DNA from: Vulcanimicrobiaceae bacterium
GTDB taxonomy: Bacteria > Verrucomicrobiota > Verrucomicrobiia > Limisphaerales > Palsa-1400
Direction of reading: 5' to 3'
Length of the DNA stretch: 64,000 nt
NCBI GenBank assembly: GCA_035511075.1
Contig: DATKFW010000034.1
Coordinates: 45,839-109,838, forward strand
The notes below the pieces were generated by a model. It worked only from the letters and a program-made list of their open reading frames with translations. It searched no databases and was not told where the DNA came from. Within the stretch, counting starts at the first letter, position 1. Each line of letters opens with the position of its first letter. Position numbers and translations under genes: made by a program. Shown here piece by piece: positions 53,085 to 62,431 of this stretch.

Positions 53085-54737
53085 ATGAGCGAGGTCCTGG
53101 TCATCGGGCATCGGAACCCGGATACGGACGCGATTTGTTCGGCGATCGGCTATGCCGAGTTCAAGCGGCGGACCGGTTTGACCCAAGCCGTCGCCGCACG
53201 CTGCGGTGACACCAACGACCGGATCGATTTCGTCCTGCGCACCTTTGGAGTGCCCCCGCCTCGTTTCGTGGCGGACGTCTCCCCCAAAGTCTGCGACGTA
53301 ATGCAGCGGGAGGTATTCAGCGTGGCTCCCACCGCCACCGCCACCGAAGCCCTCGGCAAGATGGACGAGCACGACTTGCGCATCCTGCCGGTCCTCGACG
53401 ATGCCGGGCGGTGCCAGGGCATGCTCTCCCTCTTCAAATTGAGCAAGTTCCTCTTTCCCGGTCCAAACCGCCCCTTCGATTCCCGCCGCGTGCTCTCTTC
53501 GTTGCGAAATCTCGCGCAAACTTTGGGCGGAAATCTGCTCGTAGGCGATGACTCTGAGCAAGAGGAAGATTTGATCCTGACCATCGGAGCGATGGGCTTG
53601 GAATCCTTTGCCGAGCGCCTCGAGCATTACCCGCGGGAAAAACTCCTCGTGGTCGTCGGCGATCGCTGGGACATCCAGAACCTGGCCATTCGCGAGCGTG
53701 TCCGCGCGGTCGTGGTCACCGGCGGCACCCCCGTCGAGAAAAAGACGGTCGATGCGGCCCAACGGAATCGCGTCGCCCTCATCACCTGCTCCCATGATAC
53801 CGCCACCACGGCCGCCCTTTGCCGCGCATCCATCGCCGTCCGGCACGTGGTCAACGAAAACTTTGAAATTCTCAACGAGCAAGCGTCCCTGGCTGAAATC
53901 AGGGTCGCCGCCACCGCCTCCGGTTTCCCGGCCTTCCCGGTGCTCAATTCCGAACGGCGAACCGTTGGCATCCTTTCCAAAACCGACTTGCTAAAAAAGG
54001 TCGATCGCCGCCTCATCCTGGTGGACCACAACGAGCTTTCCCAGGCCGTCCAGGGCGCCGAGCAGGTCGAAATCATGGAAATCATCGACCACCACCGCAT
54101 CGGCGCGCTGACGACCCAACAGCCCATCTTGTTCCGCAACGAGCCGGTCGGCTCCACGAGCACCATCGTGGCCGATTGCTTCCTGCGCTATGGCGTCGAG
54201 ATGCCGCCGCCCATCGCCGGTCTGCTGCTGGCGGGCCTGGTGTCGGACACCCTCAATCTCACTTCGCCAACAGCCACCCCGCAGGATGCCGAAGTCCTCC
54301 GCAAGCTCCAGGAAATCTCCGGCGTCAACGCCCGCGAATTTACCGAAAAACTCTTCGCCTCCGGGTCGTTGCTCACGCTCAAGCCCGCCCCCCAGGCCGT
54401 CACCACGGACTGCAAGGAATACAAGGAAGCCGGTGTCAGCTTCAGCGTCGCTCAAATCGAGGAAATCGGTTTCGATCAGTTCTGGAAGCGCAAGACCGAA
54501 TTGTTGGAAGCGCTGGAAAACTATCGGCGCAAACGAGATTACCTTTTTTCCGCCCTGTTGATCACCGATGTCAATACTCAAAGCTCGCTCCTCGCCCTGG
54601 CGGGTGAAAAAAAGCTTGCCGAACTAATTGACTATCCCCGCATCGAGCCTGGCGTTTACGAGTTGCGCGGCGTTGTGTCTCGCAAAAAGCAATTGCTGCC
54701 CTACCTCACCCACTGTCTTGCCCAGATCACCGCGTAA
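53085..54737 (+). CDS. CBS-domain family II (DHH) inorganic pyrophosphatase
   Basis: MSEVLVIGHRNPDTDAICSA (DHH motif I). CBS pair region (VMQREVFSV..., LPVLDDAGRCQGMLS). LVDHNE, IIDHHRIG and a DHHA2 C-terminus. Confidence 0.85.
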   Translation: MSEVLVIGHRNPDTDAICSAIGYAEFKRRTGLTQAVAARCGDTNDRIDFVLRTFGVPPPRFVADVSPKVCDVMQREVFSVAPTATATEALGKMDEHDLRILPVLDDAGRCQGMLSLFKLSKFLFPGPNRPFDSRRVLSSLRNLAQTLGGNLLVGDDSEQEEDLILTIGAMGLESFAERLEHYPREKLLVVVGDRWDIQNLAIRERVRAVVVTGGTPVEKKTVDAAQRNRVALITCSHDTATTAALCRASIAVRHVVNENFEILNEQASLAEIRVAATASGFPAFPVLNSERRTVGILSKTDLLKKVDRRLILVDHNELSQAVQGAEQVEIMEIIDHHRIGALTTQQPILFRNEPVGSTSTIVADCFLRYGVEMPPPIAGLLLAGLVSDTLNLTSPTATPQDAEVLRKLQEISGVNAREFTEKLFASGSLLTLKPAPQAVTTDCKEYKEAGVSFSVAQIEEIGFDQFWKRKTELLEALENYRRKRDYLFSALLITDVNTQSSLLALAGEKKLAELIDYPRIEPGVYELRGVVSRKKQLLPYLTHCLAQITA

Positions 54738-54757
54738 CGGGCCGTGTCGCAACTCTG

Positions 54758-56077
54758 TCAAACAAGTTTCCACGGCGGGCGAAACGGGCGGGAGAGCAGC
54801 TCGGACGCTTCCGGATCATCCAAAATCAGCTCTTGCTGGGCATCCCATTTGAGTTTCCGGCCCACTAGCATCGAGATAAGCCCCAGATGACCGGGGATCG
54901 TCGAGTGGTGCGCCGTCTCCACCGGCGTGATGGTCGGTTTACGGGACTTGACTGAGTCCAGGAAATTGGCCGTGTGATCGGTGGAAATGATCAGTTTGAT
55001 TTTGCGCTCGCTCTCGGGCAGTTGCTTCATATCACGCCAGTCCTGATTCGACGCATCGAACCCGTCCCGATCCACCCAAACCCACCCGTCAGTTCCAATC
55101 CATTTCGTCCCGGAGCGAATGTCCTCGTATCCGCCCGCAATCGTCATCGCCACGTCTTCGGGATACTTGAGTTCAATGCGGTATTTGGTGGAAGTATTCC
55201 ACACGGCGTCCTGCGGCGGAAACTCGCCGTGCCCTTCGATCTCCATCGGCCCGGTGTTGTCAAAGCCCAGCCCCCAGTGCGCGATGTCACAATGATGCCC
55301 CACCCAGTCCATTAATTGCCCGCCGCCGGTGTTGTAGTTCCACCGCCAGTTGCCGTGAACCCGGGCGCGAACATACAGCATCATCCGGGAAGGGCCGATC
55401 CAGGTGTCGTAATCCAGCTCCGGGGGCGCTTCGCTCGGCATCATGAATTCGGCGTTTCGGGCCGCGTCCCCGTCGCCCGCCGGCAGACCCACTTCGACGC
55501 GTGTAATTTTGCCGATCAAGCCGTTGCGCACAATTTCAGCCGCCTTGTGAAACGTTCCCACCGACCGCTGCCAGGACCCGGTTTGCCAGATGCAATCGTG
55601 GGCGACCACCGCCCGGACAATGGCCTGCTGCTCCGCGATCGTCCGGGCCAGCGGTTTTTCCCCGTAAATATCCTTCTTGCGCCGCGCGGCTTCAACGGCC
55701 ACCAATTCGTGCCAGTGATCCGGCACGGCGATCATCACGGCGTCAATATCGCCCCGCGCCAGCAACTCGCGGTAATCGTGGTAGGCTTTGCAATCGTTGT
55801 TGTTGTAATATTTATTGACTACACCAACCAGGTCACTCAGGTGCTTTTGGTCCACATCGCACGCCGCCACGACTCGGCAATCTGAATGGGCCAGAAAGGA
55901 ATTTGTATTGTTGGTGCCCTGCCCGCCGGAGCCGATGATCCCCACGGCGATTTGTTCCGAAGGGGGTTTGCGGGTTGTGGCGCAACCGGTAATAAGATGC
56001 GGCACAACAAGGGCCGCGCCGCCGGTGATAAGAAAACGCCGCCGGCTGACGGCATGTCCAATTACGGAAGTGATCAT
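54758..56077 (-). CDS. Gfo/Idh/MocA family oxidoreductase with twin-arginine leader
   Basis: 439 aa with SRRRFLITGGAALVV and the Rossmann motif VGIIGSGGQGT. Confidence 0.88.
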   Translation of the reverse strand: MITSVIGHAVSRRRFLITGGAALVVPHLITGCATTRKPPSEQIAVGIIGSGGQGTNNTNSFLAHSDCRVVAACDVDQKHLSDLVGVVNKYYNNNDCKAYHDYRELLARGDIDAVMIAVPDHWHELVAVEAARRKKDIYGEKPLARTIAEQQAIVRAVVAHDCIWQTGSWQRSVGTFHKAAEIVRNGLIGKITRVEVGLPAGDGDAARNAEFMMPSEAPPELDYDTWIGPSRMMLYVRARVHGNWRWNYNTGGGQLMDWVGHHCDIAHWGLGFDNTGPMEIEGHGEFPPQDAVWNTSTKYRIELKYPEDVAMTIAGGYEDIRSGTKWIGTDGWVWVDRDGFDASNQDWRDMKQLPESERKIKLIISTDHTANFLDSVKSRKPTITPVETAHHSTIPGHLGLISMLVGRKLKWDAQQELILDDPEASELLSRPFRPPWKLV

Positions 56078-56114
56078 TAAGACAAAATGACGAGGTAGAA
56101 CGGAGAATTATTCA

Positions 56115-57116
56115 CTACGAGCAGATCCGCTCGACCAACAAATCGCGGAATCCATCAATGTCAGTCCACTCCGTGGCCACGTCCATCTGCTTGGCTTGAT
56201 CGTCAATCTTCGTAAACCCCTCGTCGGTGACGCGGATTCCGAGCCGTTCCATTTTGCAAAAATGCCGCGAGAACGCCAGATAAACGGCCACAGGATCAAA
56301 CAGAGTCGACGAGTGCTCTTCCGCCTCCGCCTCCCTCTTGCCGGCCTTGCTCCACAGACGATAGTTTTCCACGATCGTGGTGGCGACCGGCCCCCGAGCC
56401 TCCAGAATTCGTCGGTAGCGGTCCCCTTCGAGGGTCACCAGCCCGCAAGTGTCTAGCGGCGTGATCGTGATCTCCCAATTCGCCGAAAGCCCCTTCCTCG
56501 CGGCGCCAGGATCGGCTTTGACGTTCCATTCCGCGCACGGTGTTTTCGCCCCGTCATAACCCAGGCGCACGCTCCCGTCCATTCCGACAAAACGCGCCCG
56601 GTTCGCGATGCGCGGCTCCCGCTCCAACGCCGCCGCGACATTGGCCATCGGCCCGATGCAGATCAATGTCAACGGCCGCGCCGAGCTCATAATGACGTCA
56701 ATCATCGCGCCCACCCCATCGGTGTGGACACAGCCCGGATACGAACTCAAATCGTAATCCTGGACCCATTCAGCCAGCGCCCCCTGGCCACGAGGTTCAA
56801 CATCCGGTCCCACGGCGATGGGAATATTGGCATGACCCGTCTTCTCCAAAAACTTCCCCAGGAGCTTGGCGCGATACGGCGCTTTGCCAAACTCCGTCGC
56901 GACCAGTTTCAAATCCAGTTCCGGGCATTTCAGCAAAAACCCCAGCGCCCACGTATCGTCTATGTCATCGCCAATATCCGTCGCAAGGATGACCGGGACC
57001 GGGTCCGGCGCGGGCGACGTCGCCGTTCGGCACCCCGCGCACACCGCCGCCGACAGGGCGGCGCCCGCGGAGGCTCTGAGGAAGTTGCGGCGGTTCATTT
57101 CCATTGGTATGGGCAT
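56115..57116 (-). CDS. Nucleoside hydrolase (IUNH family) homologue with twin-arginine leader; start ambiguous (57116, 57104 or 57098)
   Basis: MEMNRRNFLRASAGAALSAAV, then ILATDIGDDIDDTWAL (D.D...DD motif), LICIGPMANVAAAL and AEWNVKADPGAA. Confidence 0.8.
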   Translation of the reverse strand: MPIPMEMNRRNFLRASAGAALSAAVCAGCRTATSPAPDPVPVILATDIGDDIDDTWALGFLLKCPELDLKLVATEFGKAPYRAKLLGKFLEKTGHANIPIAVGPDVEPRGQGALAEWVQDYDLSSYPGCVHTDGVGAMIDVIMSSARPLTLICIGPMANVAAALEREPRIANRARFVGMDGSVRLGYDGAKTPCAEWNVKADPGAARKGLSANWEITITPLDTCGLVTLEGDRYRRILEARGPVATTIVENYRLWSKAGKREAEAEEHSSTLFDPVAVYLAFSRHFCKMERLGIRVTDEGFTKIDDQAKQMDVATEWTDIDGFRDLLVERICS

Positions 57117-57248
57117 CCCCGATTCAAACAACTTGAAACCGTCCGTGACAAGATCAATCGGAAAACCGAGAGCGATCACGCGAATTGATGGCGACGTTTT
57201 TGACATAAGCGAGGGAATGGACAGTTCGGTGTCGGTAGCTTTTGCCCG

Positions 57249-57941
57249 TTAGCTGCCAAGGCCCGCTTCCCTGATCTTCCTTTGGGTGGCGGCAATATCA
57301 TACGCTGAACGACGCAGTTCGATCGTTCCCTCATCCATGTCGTAAATTACATAAGCTGCTTTTGGACTGTTGTCACGAGGCTGCCCGACGGCGCCTGGAT
57401 TTACAAAGTATTGTTTGCCGACCTCTACTCTAAACTTTGTGTAGGTGCCGCCGCGGATAACGGTGTCGCGAATGAAGGCTATCGGCACATGCGTGTGCCC
57501 GAAGAAACAAACCCGCGTATTCTGATGAGTTAAGCTGGCGTCCGCAGCCAGTTTTTCGAACACGTATCCCCACCGCTCTGGGCGATCGAGAGTCGCGTGG
57601 ACAATGGTGAAGTCTTCGACCGTGCGCACATGCGGCAGGTTGTGCAGCCATTGGCGGTCGTCCTCGGTAAGCTGATTGCGAGTCCACTGCACCGCTTTGG
57701 CAGCGCCAGGGTTTAAGAAATCGAGGGATATGTCCGTCGCGCAGTATTCATCGTGATTGCCTTTCACACAGGGAGCATTCATGGCACGTACGATATCGAT
57801 GCAAGCCTTCGGGTCGGCGCAATACCCGACAAAGTCCCCCAAAAAAGCATAATGAGTGCATCTCTGTTCCTTCGCGTCTCCCAGAACAGCCTGGAAGGCT
57901 TCAAGGTTTGCATGAACATCGGCCATGATCGCGAACTTCAT
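57249..57941 (-). CDS. Metallophosphoesterase (YfcE/MJ0936-like)
   Basis: Start at the internal ATG 57941 (MKFAIMADVHAN). Motifs GDFVGY, GNHD and GHTH. The 98 aa upstream in the track ORF run through an inverted repeat. Confidence 0.85.
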   Translation of the reverse strand: MKFAIMADVHANLEAFQAVLGDAKEQRCTHYAFLGDFVGYCADPKACIDIVRAMNAPCVKGNHDEYCATDISLDFLNPGAAKAVQWTRNQLTEDDRQWLHNLPHVRTVEDFTIVHATLDRPERWGYVFEKLAADASLTHQNTRVCFFGHTHVPIAFIRDTVIRGGTYTKFRVEVGKQYFVNPGAVGQPRDNSPKAAYVIYDMDEGTIELRRSAYDIAATQRKIREAGLGS

Positions 57942-58017
57942 CTCACTGTTCCGAATAGCAGCATCTTTCGATACTGTCGAACTTATCAGCGTCGTCACTG
58001 GGGAGTATGACAATTTT

Positions 58018-58079
58018 CGGGAGGGCGGAGCGCCGCGACGCCCTAACTTATTAGCGACTTGCGGTGCTCCGCCCTCCCG
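58018..58079. repeat. Perfect 14-bp inverted repeat (REP-like hairpin)
   Basis: CGGGAGGGCGGAGC (58018..58031) and GCTCCGCCCTCCCG (58066..58079) separated by 34 nt. A related half-site CTCCGCCCTCC occurs near 52960. Confidence 0.7.
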
Positions 58080-58510
58080 GAAACCATCGGTTGTATTTAT
58101 ATACTCATATACTTCCAAGGTGTAATCCGGTCCAATGGAAGAATTCTGTCCCACACCCTCGTCACTGAAATAACCCCCCCGGGTAGCGTTCGTCATCCAA
58201 AGCATCAGCGCGTGAACGTGGCCGCTCTTTTGCAAGTGTCGTCGGCGTCGGATTCATCCAATGTGCATACAGACCGTGCGCAAGCCAGCCGTCGGAATTG
58301 CATCCGGTGCCAAGCAATGCAATCGGCCCAGGAATTTCAGTCAGGTTATTGCGGAGGCCCGTGCAACCGGCCAAGCGCACGAATGGAAAGTGTTTGCCCG
58401 ATTTGCGCTCGTTCGAATATTTCGGGCCTGAGAGCGGTGATTCACTCAACGCTTGAACGATTTTGAAATCTGCCGCCGCCCCGTTTTTCAGCAAGATCAA
58501 AGAACAGGAC

Positions 58511-58557
58511 TTGACAGAAAAGCCGCTATTGTCTATTGTACGCATACAAATAACAAT
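58511..58557 (+). promoter_or_regulatory. Putative sigma-70 promoter overlapped by a nested palindromic operator upstream of the GntR gene
   Basis: TTGACA (58511..58516), 17-nt spacer, TATTGT (58534..58539). Palindrome ATTGT-ct-ATTGTA-cgca-TACAAA-ta-ACAAT spans 58528..58557 and is symmetric about 58542/58543. Confidence 0.45.
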
Positions 58558-58559
58558 GT

Positions 58560-58958
58560 ATGGAATTGGTTCTTAAAATCGATCTCGATAGGGCGGCGCC
58601 GGTCTATCGGCAGATTGTGGATGGGCTGCGGGCCTTGCTCGTGGCCAAGGCGTTCAAGCCGGGCGAAAAGCTGCCGACCGTCCGGCAACTGGCGATTGAT
58701 CTGGCCGTCAATCATAACACGGTGGCGGCCGCCTACCGCTTGCTCGCCGAGGAAGGCTGGCTGGAATTGAAACGGCATCATGGCGCGATTGTCGTCGCGC
58801 GCCCTTCCCCGGCGGCCAAACCGCGGAGACAAAGAGACTTCGTCAAGCGCCTGCGAGAATTGGCGTCGCTGGCCATCGCCGAGGGCGTGCAGACCCGCGA
58901 CGTTGCCGCCCAACTCAAGGCGCTGGCCCGGAATTTGAAGGAGGAACAAACACCATGA
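58560..58958 (+). CDS. GntR family transcriptional regulator (short YtrA-like type)
   Basis: 132 aa with winged HTH PVYRQIVDGLRALL...GEKLPTVRQLAIDLAVNHNTVAAAYRLLAEEGWL. Confidence 0.88.
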   Translation: MELVLKIDLDRAAPVYRQIVDGLRALLVAKAFKPGEKLPTVRQLAIDLAVNHNTVAAAYRLLAEEGWLELKRHHGAIVVARPSPAAKPRRQRDFVKRLRELASLAIAEGVQTRDVAAQLKALARNLKEEQTP

Positions 58959-60088
58959 ACTTAACGACCATCTTTGTCTCAACCACTTTGACCACTCTGG
59001 CTATGGGATTGGGGTTGTTTCTTTTTGTCGCACGGCGGACGCGCCCGGAAATTTTCTTTGCCGTGACGGTAAACGCATCTTTCCGCGACTCGGCTGCCGC
59101 CAGGGAAATCCTGCGGAAGTTCAACCACGCGGCCGTGTTTTGGACGGTTCTGGCTGCGATCGTCGCGGCATTGGCGTTCTTATGCGCGCCAGCGACCGCC
59201 CTTATAATGTCTTGCGCTGCGGAGTTGGTTCAACTTGCGGGAACCACAATGGCGCTTGTGCAGGCCCGCAAGAAAACCCTGGCGCACCGGACCGAACCAA
59301 GCAGCGAGCGCGAAGCACAACTGACCCCGAACGATTCCCGTCCCGCGGGCGGTTGGCTTGGGCAACTGGGACCGTTTCTTGTGCTGGCCATTCTTGCGTT
59401 GGTGGTCGGAATCCAGTGGCCACAGATTCCGGCGCGTTTCCCCATCCATTGGGGAGCGGATGGAAAGCCCAACGACTGGGCCAACAAAAGCTGGGCCAGT
59501 GTTTTTCTGCTGCCGATCATGGGCGCAGTGGTGTGCGGCCTGTTCTGCGCCTTGAGCCTGAGCCTTCAGCGAGGTATCCGGCGCATTCATGCCTCCGGCG
59601 CGCAACGGGCTCATGAAGACGCGCTTCTCCGGTGCGTCCTGTGGATCTTCCTCGCCGTCGAATATTTTATGGCCGTTCTCGTGGGCGGCGTTGCCTTCCT
59701 GCCGCTGATGATTTCCACTGACCCGGGTCACGACACTTTTCCAACCAGCATTGCTGTGATCCTTGCGATTGCCATTCCAAGTCTCGCTGTCGTCGCCATA
59801 GTCATCATCGCCGCCAGGAGCAAAGAAAGCGGAAGCCGTTCGTCCGCCGGGGAAAGGGCCGGCGTCCATGCGGAGCGCAAACCTGTGGGAGATCGAACGC
59901 CCGACGAATGTTGGAAGGGCGGCGGCTTGTTCTACTACAATCCCAACGATCCCGCGCTCTGGGTGGAAAAGCGTTTCGGTGTCGGCTACACTGTCAACTT
60001 CGCCAGGTGCGGCGCGTGGTTTCTGCTGGGAGGTGTGCTTCTTTTTGGCGTGCTCTCCATCATGCTGCCCAGGTTGCTGTTGAAGTAA
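58955..60088 (+). CDS. DUF1648 + DUF5808 membrane protein
   Basis: 377 aa with WPQIPARFPIHWGADGKPNDWANKS (DUF1648) and the C-terminal YYNPNDPALWVEKRFGVGYTVNFA (DUF5808-like). It has a 4-nt overlap with the GntR gene. Confidence 0.75.
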   Translation: MNLTTIFVSTTLTTLAMGLGLFLFVARRTRPEIFFAVTVNASFRDSAAAREILRKFNHAAVFWTVLAAIVAALAFLCAPATALIMSCAAELVQLAGTTMALVQARKKTLAHRTEPSSEREAQLTPNDSRPAGGWLGQLGPFLVLAILALVVGIQWPQIPARFPIHWGADGKPNDWANKSWASVFLLPIMGAVVCGLFCALSLSLQRGIRRIHASGAQRAHEDALLRCVLWIFLAVEYFMAVLVGGVAFLPLMISTDPGHDTFPTSIAVILAIAIPSLAVVAIVIIAARSKESGSRSSAGERAGVHAERKPVGDRTPDECWKGGGLFYYNPNDPALWVEKRFGVGYTVNFARCGAWFLLGGVLLFGVLSIMLPRLLLK

Positions 60089-60220
60089 CGGCGGAGCAAA
60101 ATACGGCCCTGCAATGATTTTTCGGGTACTATCTGTAACCGAGGGGCAACGCCGCCAGAAGCCCGTTCCAAGCCAGCGCGCCCGTCCCCTGTTGATGAGA
60201 TGGGTTCTATGCGCAAGTCA

Positions 60221-62431
60221 CTAAAACTTATAGTCTACCCCTCCAAAAACTCCCCTTCGCTCCCCATAGTAAGGCGCCGTCGTCCCAATGCCGCCCCCGT
60301 GATGGAATACGTATACGTCGTCGAAGACGTTGACCACGTCACAGCGAGCGGTCAGCATTTGGTGTTTCCCAACCTTAAAATCATGCCTGACGCCACAATT
60401 CACCGGGCAATGCGGGGGAACTTGATCCAAATCGGCAAACCCGTCGTAAAAGCCGCTGCCGTACAATGCGTCAATATGGAAGGTCGTATTCATGAAGGTA
60501 TAGGCAGCGCCGGCGGATACAGTGATAAACTGGTCGTGATTCAGATGAACATAATGTTGGGCGGTATAATTCAGCTCATCCTGTCCAAAAAGAAATTCGC
60601 TTGAATTGATATCGGTCGCCATGGCTCGGCTCAACCCTAAACTGGCAAAAGCGCTGAATCCGTCCCTGGAATAACTCGACGTCAATTCAGTGCCGAAGTA
60701 GTAGCCGCGCCCATAGCTAAATGGCACGTAGATTTCAGAATTCCCAACTTGAGCTTCGTCGGCCACGTTTCTGGCCGTTTTGCCGTAGCCTTCCAGCCCA
60801 ACTTTCCAATCCTTATTCACCTGATAAGTAACCCCGGCATCGTAATAATTCGCCCGCTCCGCTTTAGGCTTGTCATCGGTTGTCACCGGTGTGGCAGCCG
60901 TCGTATCCTCGTACTTTTCAACGCTTGAAGGAGGAAGATATTCCAATTGAGCAGGAACAAAAAATCGGGAATATCCCACGAAAAGTGCCGTCGCCGGAGT
61001 CGCTTGATAAACCAGGTTTATTCTCGGACTGACCTGATTTTCGGTGACATATTCGTCCACCTGGTCAAAGCGCAAGCCATAGTTGACTGTCAATCGGTCG
61101 ATCGCCTGCCATTCATCCGCCAGATAAAGCCCGTAGAGATAGCCGTCCTTATTCTGCCCATCTTCGATGGTTACGGGAACATCCGAGAGCACAGTCCCTG
61201 AAAAACTGGTTGGAAAAGCGGTCGTGGTGCTGGCCGCCGATTCAATTTGGCTTGTGAGGTAGGTGCCCGCCTTGAGAGTGTGTTTATCGTTGATCTGATA
61301 ACTCATGTCGGTCGTCCACGTGTTCTCAATAAGACTTCTGTTTTGTTCGCTCGCCAAGCCATTGATCATCAGATCGCCAGTCCAATCGGGCCGATACAGC
61401 GTCTGTGCGTAACTGCTGATCAGCGACGATTGAATGTTAAAATCACCGATTTCCTTTTTGTAGGAAAGGATCCCGTAGTGATACTGCTCGATCTGGGTCT
61501 CATTGAGGTCGGACGAATTAAAGGTGGACATGTTTGTCAGTGTATAGGCCACAGGGATTCCCGGCGTGTTTGGAATTTGAAAAGTGCCATAGGACCCGTT
61601 CAACATAAAGGTTAACTGACTGCTCTTATCCAAATGATCGCAGAGATGGAGAAAACCTTTGTATTGCTCGGTAAAATCATGAAGCGGATACGAACTGCTC
61701 GTGGGGTTTTCAATTCCAATATCGCTTTGCTCATAGGTTCCCTGGAAAAAATAGTCGATGTTATTGGAAACTCCGCCATACGACAAATTCCCTTGCACGG
61801 AATTATAGGCTCCGCCATAGATCGAGGCATCCCCGCCCGCCAACTCCGAACCCTGCTTGGTTGTAATATCGAAAATCCCCCCCGTCCAGAGACCGTATTG
61901 CGCGGGTAAAGCTCCATCCAATAACGACACGCTGTTGATAAAACGGGTGTCAAATTTCTGCCCAAATATCGAGTTCACGATCCCGAGAGGTATTGGTATT
62001 CCGTTAAGTAGGTACTCGGTAGCCGTGTCTTCTCCACGGATATGCCAACTGCCGTAGGCATCCTGACTGACGCCTGGAGAGCGTTCGACCACTTCGGCAA
62101 AGGTTGTATCCTCACCCTCAGGCATGTTTTGAATCTCGGCCCTGTCGATGGTGTAAACTCGTATACCCAGATTTGGATCAATCGTCGAATGTTCGACATC
62201 GACGGGGTGCGCCTTGACGAGAATAGCCGGCAAAGCCTTTGGTACGTTTGTCGTCGGTGTCGTGACAAGGCCGTTGGTTGGATTGCTTGGGGCCGACGCG
62301 GAGTCAGCCGCGCTGTCACTCACCGTCTGCGTCTGGCCCCTTGCGAGCGCGACGGACAACAGCAACAATCCAGTCACTTCGATCATCGTGAAGGCGTTCC
62401 TCGGTTTTTTGAAAACGCGTTCTTGGTTCAT
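60221..62431 (-). CDS. TonB-dependent outer membrane receptor
   Basis: 736 aa. Plug region (IRVYTIDRAEIQNMPEGEDTTFAEVVERSPGV). Beta-barrel body with alternating aromatic pattern and a terminal GGVDYKF. Confidence 0.9.
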   Translation of the reverse strand: MNQERVFKKPRNAFTMIEVTGLLLLSVALARGQTQTVSDSAADSASAPSNPTNGLVTTPTTNVPKALPAILVKAHPVDVEHSTIDPNLGIRVYTIDRAEIQNMPEGEDTTFAEVVERSPGVSQDAYGSWHIRGEDTATEYLLNGIPIPLGIVNSIFGQKFDTRFINSVSLLDGALPAQYGLWTGGIFDITTKQGSELAGGDASIYGGAYNSVQGNLSYGGVSNNIDYFFQGTYEQSDIGIENPTSSSYPLHDFTEQYKGFLHLCDHLDKSSQLTFMLNGSYGTFQIPNTPGIPVAYTLTNMSTFNSSDLNETQIEQYHYGILSYKKEIGDFNIQSSLISSYAQTLYRPDWTGDLMINGLASEQNRSLIENTWTTDMSYQINDKHTLKAGTYLTSQIESAASTTTAFPTSFSGTVLSDVPVTIEDGQNKDGYLYGLYLADEWQAIDRLTVNYGLRFDQVDEYVTENQVSPRINLVYQATPATALFVGYSRFFVPAQLEYLPPSSVEKYEDTTAATPVTTDDKPKAERANYYDAGVTYQVNKDWKVGLEGYGKTARNVADEAQVGNSEIYVPFSYGRGYYFGTELTSSYSRDGFSAFASLGLSRAMATDINSSEFLFGQDELNYTAQHYVHLNHDQFITVSAGAAYTFMNTTFHIDALYGSGFYDGFADLDQVPPHCPVNCGVRHDFKVGKHQMLTARCDVVNVFDDVYVFHHGGGIGTTAPYYGERRGVFGGVDYKF

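Noticed and set aside
58059-58545. ORFs 58162..58545 (minus, 127 aa) and 58059..58466 (plus, 135 aa) between the phosphoesterase and GntR genes
   Set aside because: I could assign no family motif. A weak resemblance of GTGCNSDGW...GHVHAL (across a frame change) to Cys/His peptidases is not convincing. The region may be a decayed gene or simply promoter and leader DNA. A profile search would be needed to settle it.
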